A stretch of 63,000 bases of DNA, the filler included, from an uncultured Methanosarcinales archaeon (lineage in GTDB: Archaea; Nanobdellota; Nanobdellia; Woesearchaeales; BS150m-G63): assembly GCA_964630685.1 (NCBI GenBank). It is 4 parts of 4 records of this genome, joined end to end, with 100 filler letters (N's around TTAATTAATTAA, not from the genome) between each part and the next. Parts side by side here need not be neighbours in the genome. Positions count along the whole stretch, not along the records: positions 26,730 to 47,743 come from CAZVVW010000014.1; positions 47,844 to 61,312 come from CAZVVW010000016.1; 2 more parts are not named here. One strand, 5' to 3'. The first letter of the stretch is position 1. Every line of letters starts with the position of its first letter. Made by a program: the position numbers and the translations under genes. The notes under the pieces are model-generated. The model saw only the letters and a program-made list of their open reading frames with translations, searched no databases and had not been told where the DNA came from. Of the stretch, positions 47,397 through 56,448 are shown one piece after another.

Positions 47397-47498
47397 AGTA
47401 AAACAAATAAGAGGTCTTAGGATCTTAGTTTGTGGCAAAATAGCCAAAGAACCTTAATTGGTTTAAATGCAAAATACACATGGAGGTGTGTAACAAAA

Positions 47499-47743
47499 AT
47501 GAATTTAAAAAAAGCCATAAGAAAAGTGGCTGCAGTTGGAGCAGGAATGACTATGGTTGGCGCAACCCTTATGGGTGCATTAGCAGCTAACTTAAATGAA
47601 TACCCAGCTCCCTTCGTAACAGACGGCGCATTTGATGCTGTTCTGGTCGTAGGAGACAACGCAGCACCTGTGGATATTATAGGAGTAACAGATGTAGCAA
47701 TGGCATTACAATATGGCATGACTACTGAAACAGCAGTTGAAAC
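47499..47743 (+). CDS. S-layer protein (Methanococcus-type N-terminal domain), truncated by contig end
   Basis: KKAIRKVAAVGAG..MVGATL...YPAPFV...VVGDNAAPVD; GGAGGTG RBS. Confidence 0.88.
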
Positions 47744-47843
47744 NNNNNNNNNNNNNNNNNNNNNNNNNNNNNNNNNNNNNNNNNNNNTTAATTAATTAAN
47801 NNNNNNNNNNNNNNNNNNNNNNNNNNNNNNNNNNNNNNNNNNN
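47744..47843. other. Artificial contig linker
   Basis: N44-TTAATTAATTAA-N44. Confidence 0.98.
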
Positions 47844-48059
47844 GCAGGAGGAATAGCTTTAGCGGCTTTCGGAATATTATCAAATCCTGTTGGTTGGGCA
47901 ATAGGGATTGGAGGATTACTATTCGCAGCAGGAACTTTAGTATATGATCATTTTTTCAATACAGATGTAGAATGGGCCTCATTTATTCTTTTCAGAGAAT
48001 ATGATGTAGAACAATTAAAAAACATTAAATGCGAAGTAATGCCAATAGCACAAACTTAA
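47844..48059 (+). CDS. 3' part of the gene that begins at 718(-)
   Basis: AGGIALAAFGILSNPVGWAIGIGGLLFAAG...KCEVMPIAQT*; first 55 nt are the reverse complement of 1..55, in frame. Confidence 0.85.
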   Translation, partial: AGGIALAAFGILSNPVGWAIGIGGLLFAAGTLVYDHFFNTDVEWASFILFREYDVEQLKNIKCEVMPIAQT

Positions 48060-48117
48060 CATATAATAACCCAAGCATAACACAAATAATTTAAATAAAC
48101 AAAACTTACTAAAAAAA

Positions 48118-48261
48118 ATGAAATCAAAAAAAGGGTTCGAATTTTCTTTTATGGCTAAATTAATTTTAATCTTAATGCTTTTAATAATATTTTTAGTTTT
48201 TCTCATAGTAAAATTCAAACCAAACATATTGGGTTCAATAAGTTTATTTGACGTATGGTAA
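48118..48261 (+). CDS. 47-aa micro-pilin (absent from the ORF track)
   Basis: MKSKKG|FEFSFMAKLILILMLLIIFLVFLIV...; stop overlaps the next ATG region. Confidence 0.75.
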   Translation: MKSKKGFEFSFMAKLILILMLLIIFLVFLIVKFKPNILGSISLFDVW

Positions 48262-49190
48262 TCAAAAATAAAAAAGCAGGTTTCCTAAATAGTAAATTAG
48301 GAAAAATAATTATTGTGTTAGTGGTATTAGTTGTAATTATGTCTATATTCTACCCAAAAATCTGGAGCGGATTAGAAACAGCAATGCAAACAGTTGGAAT
48401 AAATATCTGCCTCAGTTCGAGAATGAATTCTGCAACATACAATCAAGAAATAGAAAGGCATATAGATTATGAAGAGTTTGAAGAAGCAACAGATATGTAC
48501 CTAGAATATCGTCAATGTTTTTCAGACCCACAACTAACACTAAATACAGAAAATACAGAGATATTAGCAGAACTCGTATGTAAAAAAGGATATTTCAATT
48601 ATTCTTCAGAAATATACAACCACCTTTCTTCAGAAAACCCTTCGGAAACAGAAAAAACTTGTTTGACCCTAGAAAACATCCAAGATTTCCACAATAGAAG
48701 AAAAAACAAAGACTCACTAGAACTATTAGAACAATTAGAAATACTAGATTATGAAGTTCCTTCATGGAATTTATTAATAGCGGAAGCATATCTTGCTTCA
48801 GAAAAATATGAAGACTCATACGAATCCGCGTACTATAATTCTTGGGATTTAGAAGATTTAACAACAGATCAAAAAGAAAAAATAAAAGAAATAGTAGAAA
48901 ACATTTACACTTCAATAATAGCAAAAAAAATGGTAGATATTTATGATGATTCAGAATCCTTTTGTATATATCGGACAACATATTTTCCTTATACCACAAT
49001 CTCTTTAGGGGATTTATCAGACGCTACAACTGAACAAGGAAAAAGCATAGCAATTGGAGGAGATGAATCTCATTTAGAAATGGGAGAAGATTTAACTGGA
49101 TGTTATACAATAAAATCCGATTCAGAAAAAGTGATGATTGAAGATTATTGCGCATCACATTGTAATGAAATAATGGAATATACATCATAA
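48255..49190 (+). CDS. Pilin-like protein with helical (TPR-like) body
   Basis: KKA|GFLNSKLGKIIIVLVVLVVIM; LLIAEAYLASEKYEDS. Confidence 0.75.
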   Translation: MVIKNKKAGFLNSKLGKIIIVLVVLVVIMSIFYPKIWSGLETAMQTVGINICLSSRMNSATYNQEIERHIDYEEFEEATDMYLEYRQCFSDPQLTLNTENTEILAELVCKKGYFNYSSEIYNHLSSENPSETEKTCLTLENIQDFHNRRKNKDSLELLEQLEILDYEVPSWNLLIAEAYLASEKYEDSYESAYYNSWDLEDLTTDQKEKIKEIVENIYTSIIAKKMVDIYDDSESFCIYRTTYFPYTTISLGDLSDATTEQGKSIAIGGDESHLEMGEDLTGCYTIKSDSEKVMIEDYCASHCNEIMEYTS

Positions 49191-49216
49191 AAAAAGAAAA
49201 TAAAAAAACACCAAAA

Positions 49217-49501
49217 ATGAAAAATAAAATAATGAACAAAAAAGCACTAGTTTCAAGAACAATAGTTTTAATGACTTTGGGAATAATAGTCTTAATTATT
49301 CTAATTATACTTTTTTCAGGAAAAGCGAGTATTTTTTCAAAAGGTGTAGGTGGAATTTGTACAGATCAAGAAGGAACATGTTATTATCCTACAGCAGAAT
49401 GTCCTGAAGAGAAACCAATAAAAATGATGGCAAAAGGATGCCCATCAAATGAAACAGATACTGAGAAAAAATCTGGATTTTGTTGCACTTCTTTAGGATA
49501 A
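49217..49501 (+). CDS. Small pilin-like protein
   Basis: NKKA|LVSRTIVLMTLGIIVLIILIILF; Cys-rich head ending FCC. Confidence 0.85.
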   Translation: MKNKIMNKKALVSRTIVLMTLGIIVLIILIILFSGKASIFSKGVGGICTDQEGTCYYPTAECPEEKPIKMMAKGCPSNETDTEKKSGFCCTSLG

Positions 49502-49543
49502 ACAAAAACAAAACAAAAGAAAGCTTAACAAAACAAAATGAAC

Positions 49544-49620
49544 AAAACAATAAGACAGAAGATTTCGGCTAAAGCACCCATCTTCAGTGTTGCCTTTTAG
49601 GCAACCCAAAAGTCTTAAAG
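49544..49620 (+). repeat. Structured intergenic repeat, copy 3
   Basis: Same core; identity with copy 1 extends through the next gene's MNKKAI codons. Confidence 0.9.
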
Positions 49621-49643
49621 CTTTATTCATTTTAAAAAACAAA

Positions 49644-49874
49644 ATGAACAAAAAAGCAATAACCACACAAACAATAATTTTATTAGTATTAATTCTCATA
49701 GTAGTAGTAACTTTTTTGTTTTTCTTTTCGAGTCAAGCAAATATTTTTTCAAAAGGAACAATGAGTTGCGAATCAAAAGAAGGCGTGTGTATGAATGTCA
49801 CAGAATGTGAAGGCATTATTTCAAATTTCAAATGCACTAAATCAGAATATGCATGTTGCATAAAAATGACTTAG
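49644..49874 (+). CDS. Small pilin-like protein (76 aa)
   Basis: MNKKA|ITTQTIILLVLILIVVVTFLFFF; ends ACC. Confidence 0.85.
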   Translation: MNKKAITTQTIILLVLILIVVVTFLFFFSSQANIFSKGTMSCESKEGVCMNVTECEGIISNFKCTKSEYACCIKMT

Positions 49875-49911
49875 CAAAATTTATATAGTATATTCAATTA
49901 AATTTAGTAAA

Positions 49912-50394
49912 ATGAATAAAAGAGGATTTACAACAGAAGGAAAAATAGGTGGAATTGCGTTAGTTCTAGTTGCAGTGGTGGTGATGTTATTTATTTTTCA
50001 AGGTCCTGCAAAAGCAGCAAATCTAGAATTCATATCACAGACACAAATAAAAGTAAAATTAGATAAATGTACTTTTGATGCAGAACAGGCATATTCTAAA
50101 GGAATTTCATTTTCAGATACAGATGACGATGGACACCCAAATACTTGTGATATTTGTTTAGGTGTAGATCCTGGAGCAAATACTGAAGATGGACAAAATG
50201 ACTTAGATGATGATTTAGATGGTATGCCAAACGATTGCGACAAAGATGCTTATAATCCCAACGAATTCACCTGTTTAGATTATAGGGTGTGGGATAAACA
50301 AAACAATAAATGGTTAAATGCTTGTTGTACAGAACTTGCAGGAGACAATAATTTTAAAATAAGTCCCAACCTCATCTGTAAAAAAGTAACCTAA
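49912..50394 (+). CDS. Pilin-like protein with TSP3-like Ca-binding repeats
   Basis: MNKRG|FTTEG...; DTDDDGHPNTCD, DDDLDGMPNDCD. Confidence 0.8.
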   Translation: MNKRGFTTEGKIGGIALVLVAVVVMLFIFQGPAKAANLEFISQTQIKVKLDKCTFDAEQAYSKGISFSDTDDDGHPNTCDICLGVDPGANTEDGQNDLDDDLDGMPNDCDKDAYNPNEFTCLDYRVWDKQNNKWLNACCTELAGDNNFKISPNLICKKVT

Positions 50395-50395
50395 G

Positions 50396-52255
50396 ATGGA
50401 TTTCTTTAACCAAAAAAAGGCATTTATGGGACTTTCTTTATCTCAAATGGTGGGCATAATATTAGTTATACTAATCTTTATTCCGTTTACAAGTTTATTT
50501 GCAAAAACATTCAACACTTTTTTTGGAGGGGAAAACCCATCCATAGAAAATTTTCGCTCACTCACAGAAAAGGTTCAAGAATTACTTCTAAATCCAGATA
50601 TGGTTGCAATAGAAACAAACTTCCCTTATTTTATTAGGGACAATGATTATGTTATAGTTGCTTTCGATTATGAATGGTATGGAGATGGCACAGATTCTAC
50701 AGAAGATAATGTCCCTTATGGTCCATTTGAATCAAATCTATGTCACGATGAAGGAATAAGGAGGCCAATGGAATGTTTAGATAAAGCTTGTTTGTGTATT
50801 TATGAAGACACAGCAGTAAATGATTTCATGGAAGGGGGAGATCCAGCACCAATAGAATGTGTTCCATTCGGAAATAATCTCTTCTTTTCAGGTGCAGAAG
50901 GTTACCCAGATTATTTAGAAGATAAAGACGGAACTAACGATGGATATAAAAAAGAATTCATTGAAGACACAATTAATTTTACAAACCTAACAAAATTAGA
51001 TTATGAGTTTTTTGTAATCTATGGAGAATGCGGAAATTCAGGATGTAAGGTTTATGAAAATAATGATTGTGATGAGGAATTTAATCAATTTGACGCAAGA
51101 AAACTTTACATAGAAAAATATTATGATTTAGATAGTCATAAAACTCATATACTCATCGCAGTTCAAGAAGGCAAAATAAATCAAAGGGCAGAAAACGCAT
51201 CAAAATTAATAGAAGCATTAAGAGAATCAGAACAAATGGTTGTACAAACCCCTTTATCTGAAATGCCAATAACTGGCCCGCCAACAATTTCCAATGAAAC
51301 AATAAAAAGAATACTTGAAAGTGCAAGTTCTCCAGCAGTCATAGCATATCAAGCATTTTATGATTTTGGAGTTCAATATGATATAGATCCGGCATTTGCA
51401 TTAGCATTTTTCAGACATGAATCAAATTATGGAACATCCAATAACTGGGTCGGAAAACCATCAATTTGCCTACCTAATAGTTCTAATAATATTGGAAATA
51501 TAAAATACACTCAAAGTTGTACAAACAATTATGGCGCAACAAATTGTAAGGGATTCTGCCATTATCCTACATGGGAAAAAGGAATTGAAGCATGGTACTC
51601 ATTGATTAAAAATAGTAATCATTATGTTGCTGGAGGGAGAGAGACTATCGCAGAAATACTTCCAGTATATGCTCCATCAAGCGATAACAACAATATTCCA
51701 GAATATATTACAGCAGTATCAGATTCAGTATCTTCTTATCGAGAGTTAGAACCCAACATAGAATTAAGACTAGTATCTATTGATTCAAACGAGGTTTCTT
51801 GCACCGGACAATGTAAATTAACACAAGAAGCATATGTTAAATTAATTGAAGCAAATAATATAGCAAAACAACAAGGAAGAGAATTGCGCGTATATTCTTC
51901 TTATAGAACTCCGGAACACCAAAGGACTCTTTTCTTAAATGGCGATTGCAATAGGCAAATGGTCGCAGGCCCAACAGTAGATTCATCAGAGTGTAGTATG
52001 AATAATCCAATAATTCAAAATTTAAATAATTTTAACGGCCCACATACTACTGGAGGGGCAGTAGATTTAAGGTTCGAAGACACTTCCTGGGATGATATGA
52101 CTACAGCAGATAAACAACAATTAGAAGATGTGATGTATCAAGTAGGGTGGGTAAGATACGCAAATGAATGGTGGCATTTTGAATACGAAACTATTAGGTG
52201 GGCAAGAGCAGACACTAATAATGATGGTTTTCCAGATCAATCAGCATTGGTATAA
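50396..52255 (+). CDS. Pilin-like protein fused to a GH73/lysozyme-like glucosaminidase and an M15 (VanX/VanY-like) peptidase
   Basis: KKA|FMGLSLSQMVGIILVILIF; IDPAFALAFFRHESNYG...NNIGNI...YPTWEKGI...YAP; SSYR, HTTGGAVD, EWWHF. Confidence 0.85.
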   Translation: MDFFNQKKAFMGLSLSQMVGIILVILIFIPFTSLFAKTFNTFFGGENPSIENFRSLTEKVQELLLNPDMVAIETNFPYFIRDNDYVIVAFDYEWYGDGTDSTEDNVPYGPFESNLCHDEGIRRPMECLDKACLCIYEDTAVNDFMEGGDPAPIECVPFGNNLFFSGAEGYPDYLEDKDGTNDGYKKEFIEDTINFTNLTKLDYEFFVIYGECGNSGCKVYENNDCDEEFNQFDARKLYIEKYYDLDSHKTHILIAVQEGKINQRAENASKLIEALRESEQMVVQTPLSEMPITGPPTISNETIKRILESASSPAVIAYQAFYDFGVQYDIDPAFALAFFRHESNYGTSNNWVGKPSICLPNSSNNIGNIKYTQSCTNNYGATNCKGFCHYPTWEKGIEAWYSLIKNSNHYVAGGRETIAEILPVYAPSSDNNNIPEYITAVSDSVSSYRELEPNIELRLVSIDSNEVSCTGQCKLTQEAYVKLIEANNIAKQQGRELRVYSSYRTPEHQRTLFLNGDCNRQMVAGPTVDSSECSMNNPIIQNLNNFNGPHTTGGAVDLRFEDTSWDDMTTADKQQLEDVMYQVGWVRYANEWWHFEYETIRWARADTNNDGFPDQSALV

Positions 52256-52297
52256 ACAACAAAAATTATATAAACTAATTTCTTTACAACACACAGT

Positions 52298-53350
52298 ATG
52301 AAAAAAAGAGGGCAGATTACTCATGAGATTTATTTTATCATGATGGAAGTGTTTATAGCACTTGCAGTAGCATTTTTTCTTTTCAAATATGTTAATCTAG
52401 TGGTTGAAGATACAACTTTAGAAAGAACAATCTTATCAAGAGACTTAGCTCTTCTTTCAAACACAGTTTATTCCGCACCAGGAAATTTAGTTTACACATA
52501 TGAAAGTAGAACAAATCTTTCAATGTTTGATTACGCATTTACTAAAAAACCTCCCCTGATGGAACCACAATTAACAGTGCTTCAGCAAGGAGTTGCCGAA
52601 CTTTCTTACCCATTTGTATTAAACAATCTTTTTGCAAGAGATATAGGTAAATCTGATAAACACACTGTTTTTTCTCCTCAAGAAATATTATTTCAAAAAG
52701 AAGAACAAGAAATAACAGTCAAAAAAGAATTAACCCCTCATTTGGAGGGGGCGGTTTGCCCGGTTCTAGATACAAAAAAAACAAACACGACAACATTAAA
52801 GGTACTTTTAGATCCTGGAAAAGATTATGAAAATCCCGGAGCAAATAATACAGCACTCAATTTAATAGAATACAAAATAACCATTGATATTTCAAAAGAA
52901 ATAGGAAGGCTGTTACAACAAAATTTTCCAAATATAGTTTTTACGAGAGAGAACACAAAATCTAACTTAACAGAAAGATTAACAAAAATAAAATTAGAAA
53001 ATGCAAACATAACTCTAAGCATCCATACAGGAGATTACCAACCTACAAAACCAAATACATTTAAGATGTATTATAATTCAAAATCCAACAAAAAAAAAGA
53101 AATCCAAAAATTAGCTTGTTTTATTTCTAATGAAATATCAGGGCAGACCACACTCAAAACAACAACCCTCCCATTAGAAATAGAAACACTACCAGATTTA
53201 GATTCAAGAAGAATATTAACACCCACAAGCAAGATTCAACTATATCTAGAAGTTGGGAATATTCAAGCATATGCAAATAATAACCCTTTACTCGATTACC
53301 CCCAAATATCCAATGCAATAAAAGACGCAATTGAATTGTATCACAGATAA
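52298..53350 (+). CDS. Pilin-like protein fused to an N-acetylmuramoyl-L-alanine amidase (Amidase_3) domain
   Basis: MKKRG|QITHEIYFIM; VLLDPGK, IEY, VFTRE, LTER, LSIHT, YLEVGNI. Confidence 0.8.
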   Translation: MKKRGQITHEIYFIMMEVFIALAVAFFLFKYVNLVVEDTTLERTILSRDLALLSNTVYSAPGNLVYTYESRTNLSMFDYAFTKKPPLMEPQLTVLQQGVAELSYPFVLNNLFARDIGKSDKHTVFSPQEILFQKEEQEITVKKELTPHLEGAVCPVLDTKKTNTTTLKVLLDPGKDYENPGANNTALNLIEYKITIDISKEIGRLLQQNFPNIVFTRENTKSNLTERLTKIKLENANITLSIHTGDYQPTKPNTFKMYYNSKSNKKKEIQKLACFISNEISGQTTLKTTTLPLEIETLPDLDSRRILTPTSKIQLYLEVGNIQAYANNNPLLDYPQISNAIKDAIELYHR

Positions 53351-53351
53351 G

Positions 53352-53933
53352 ATGAAAACAAAAATAAACCACATAAAAGGAAAAAAAGGCTTATTCACTT
53401 TTAACATGGTATATATGATACCTAGATTAATTTTCTTAATAATAGTTCTCTTTTCAGTCATCATGCTTGTAGGGATGTTCCTAAAGATACATGCAGATAC
53501 TTTTTATGTGGAAGCAGACCTCTTTGCCCAAAGCTTAATTTATTCTCCTCACGGAATATCCTATTATAATCCTTTGTTGTATAAGGTTCAGCCAGGAATA
53601 ATAGATAAAACAGAATTCACATCTGGAATTATAGAATCCAGAATAAACAATAATTCTTTTTATTATGGTAAACAAAACAAACACATCGCAGCAAAAATAA
53701 CTTTAACTAGTGTGGATAATTCCACAAACCACACAATTTACTATAATGAGGGGAGAGGGAAAGCATATGGATATAAATTTTGGAACCCCATAGCTAAAGC
53801 GGAAATAGAAGGAAAGGGCGCAGCAAGATATTTGCCAAAAATAATACCTACCCTAATAAAGGAATCATCAGGCCACAATGTAATTTACATTCCAGGAAGC
53901 ATATCATTTGAAATCACAATGCCCAACAAATAA
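53352..53933 (+). CDS. Pilin-like protein
   Basis: KKG|LFTFNMVYMIPRLIFLIIVLFSVIML. Confidence 0.8.
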   Translation: MKTKINHIKGKKGLFTFNMVYMIPRLIFLIIVLFSVIMLVGMFLKIHADTFYVEADLFAQSLIYSPHGISYYNPLLYKVQPGIIDKTEFTSGIIESRINNNSFYYGKQNKHIAAKITLTSVDNSTNHTIYYNEGRGKAYGYKFWNPIAKAEIEGKGAARYLPKIIPTLIKESSGHNVIYIPGSISFEITMPNK

Positions 53934-53991
53934 AATAATTAAAATAATCAAAAAAAACAAAACAAAAATAAATAACAATCAAAAAGAAAAA

Positions 53992-55542
53992 ATGAAATCA
54001 AAAAAAGCATTCATAGCATCTACCTTGATAGATTTTTATGCCTTTGTAGTCTTCATATTAGTTGTTTTAATCTTTTTTGTAATTTTTCTATTAATGAAAG
54101 GTTGTGATGGATCACCCTCTTTAGACGATGTGCCACATCAAAAATTAAACGTAGATTCTAATTATGTTCTTTTAACTTGGTTAAAAAATCCATTAGATTC
54201 ACAAACAAGATCAGCAATCTCAAAAATTTATAAGATAAATCAAATAAATAGTTTTTCAAATGGCCACACAACAAAAGTACTTAATTTTTCAAAACAACAA
54301 AACTATACTTTTTTTTTGAATGCCTCTCCACGTATAATCTACAGTAATGCAACAATAGATTTAGGGGAACTATTTTCTTTTACCAATAATCATATAGCAT
54401 TCGTTTTAGCTAACTCAGATCCTAAAATAAAAGAATGGGAAAATCTATGTAAAATATTATCAACAACAATACTCCCTTATAGAATATTAAAAAAATATAC
54501 TAGCTCATTCACATATGGGTTAAGAGATAATGAAGGTACGTCCTGTTTAGATAAAACAGTTCCACTAATTGAAGAACAATGGAAAAATGCAACACTTTTT
54601 ACGATGAAAAATCATAACTGGGACAATAATACTCCCCCAAAAAATATGCTTGTTTTAGTATCAGATAAATGTATAAATTATTCTCCTCAAGACTCCATTT
54701 CTGAAGAAATTCAAGAAACCGCAATAGCCAAGAATATATCAATATGGCAGATGTATAGAAGCAACGACCCTCAAGAAATTAAAGATTGTAAAGACAAACA
54801 TAACCAATTAAGTCAGATGGGGGGAGAGTTTTTCACATACAACAACACGATTAATTTTACAGACCACATTCAAAATAAAATATTGGAAATATCTAATGAT
54901 CGATCAGAGATTTCTATATCTGTTGATTTTGGAACTGATGCCAAGATCGATTTTAAAAGTAACAATACATTTAATCACACTACACTTGAATTCAAGAAAG
55001 CACTAAATACATACACCACAAAGAAGTGTACCCCAAATACAAAATGTCTATTCCCTATAAAGATTTCAGGAAAAAAAGGTAGTTTTTCTTTAGGTAATAT
55101 ACAAGTACAAAAAACATTAGGGGATGCTAAAAAGAGGATTAGAAGTAATTTAAAAAAGGCAAATATCGCAGATTTAATAGCATTCAGTCAAACAGACGAA
55201 GATTTAGAAGAATTAAGAGGCGAAAACATAAATTCTTTTTTTAACAACGCATATCATGATTGGTGGCATTTAATAATCAATTATCCAGATGGAACAAAAG
55301 AAGAATATGGTCACAGTTACACAGCAGATACCATCCCTTCAATTATTTTAGCTGCAACAATGAGGGTAGGTCTTTTTCCAATACTTCCAGCAGGATTAAG
55401 TTATGTATATGATTATTCAATTCTCCCAGAATCGGAAAAAATAAACATCAATCAATCAATACCTTCATTGAATAAAGATCCAATAAACATAGAGTTTTCA
55501 AATTGGGTAATAACATATGCTTCATTAATTCCTTTTACTTAA
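53992..55542 (+). CDS. Large pilin-like protein, possible degenerate vWA-like domain
   Basis: MKSKKA|FIASTLIDFYAFVVFILVVLIFF; LVLVSD...AIAKNISI...QMGGEFF. Confidence 0.75.
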   Translation: MKSKKAFIASTLIDFYAFVVFILVVLIFFVIFLLMKGCDGSPSLDDVPHQKLNVDSNYVLLTWLKNPLDSQTRSAISKIYKINQINSFSNGHTTKVLNFSKQQNYTFFLNASPRIIYSNATIDLGELFSFTNNHIAFVLANSDPKIKEWENLCKILSTTILPYRILKKYTSSFTYGLRDNEGTSCLDKTVPLIEEQWKNATLFTMKNHNWDNNTPPKNMLVLVSDKCINYSPQDSISEEIQETAIAKNISIWQMYRSNDPQEIKDCKDKHNQLSQMGGEFFTYNNTINFTDHIQNKILEISNDRSEISISVDFGTDAKIDFKSNNTFNHTTLEFKKALNTYTTKKCTPNTKCLFPIKISGKKGSFSLGNIQVQKTLGDAKKRIRSNLKKANIADLIAFSQTDEDLEELRGENINSFFNNAYHDWWHLIINYPDGTKEEYGHSYTADTIPSIILAATMRVGLFPILPAGLSYVYDYSILPESEKININQSIPSLNKDPINIEFSNWVITYASLIPFT

Positions 55543-55654
55543 AACTATAAAAAAGAAAAACTAAAAGAAAAATAAAAACAAATAAAACAAAGCAACACTA
55601 AACAATGGACAATTTACAATAAACAATAAACAACAAATAAAACTAACAGAAAAA

Positions 55655-56359
55655 ATGAAATCAAAAAACAAAGAGATTCAAAAAATCTCTCAGCATTTTA
55701 ATTTCAAAAAAATGAAATCAAAAAAAGCAATGATATTTAATATATCTTTAGTAGTTATAACTATAGTCGTACTTTCAACAGCATTCATTGCAATAAATAA
55801 TAAAATAGAAAAAGTAAAAAACCAAGAACCTATTGGAACAAAACAATACCAATTAATAACAACCTATCAAGAAGCAGAAAAAGCACAATTCTATATAGAA
55901 CAATCAGCAAAGTACCATATACTAGAAATCAAAAAACAATTAATAAAAAAAAGTGGAAGTATCCAAAACAAGGAATACATTCAAAATTTTACAAATTTTT
56001 TAGAAAAAAAATTAAATAACTCGCTTTCATTATATCCTTATAAAAATATAATTGTCCCTTTACTCAATAATTATGAAATATCATTTACTGAAGAAAACAC
56101 TTTATTAACAGCAGCGGCAAAAGAGGACATGGTTTTATCTCATTTATATGGAGAATATCATTTAAATCCATCTTTCATCCAAGATTTTAGTTTATGTGGA
56201 GATGGAGTAAAAGAAGGGAATGAAGAATGTGACGATGGGATTGATGACGCAAATGAATTATTTATAACAACAAACCCATTTAATCCAGACACAGATGGAG
56301 ATGGAATAACAGATGGAGAGGAATTGTCTAACGGAACAAATCCCATTAGCCCCAATTAA
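55655..56359 (+). CDS. Pilin-like protein with C-terminal TSP3-like repeat
   Basis: KKA|MIFNISLVVITIVVL; CGDGVKEGNEECDDG; DTDGDGITDGEE..GTNP; start may be the downstream Met. Confidence 0.8.
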   Translation: MKSKNKEIQKISQHFNFKKMKSKKAMIFNISLVVITIVVLSTAFIAINNKIEKVKNQEPIGTKQYQLITTYQEAEKAQFYIEQSAKYHILEIKKQLIKKSGSIQNKEYIQNFTNFLEKKLNNSLSLYPYKNIIVPLLNNYEISFTEENTLLTAAAKEDMVLSHLYGEYHLNPSFIQDFSLCGDGVKEGNEECDDGIDDANELFITTNPFNPDTDGDGITDGEELSNGTNPISPN

Positions 56360-56448
56360 TCTTAAAATCTTAAAAAATAGGGTATTCTAATTTCTATTCT
56401 TAATAACACAAAAATATAAATACAATAACTTAAACCAAAATCAATACA

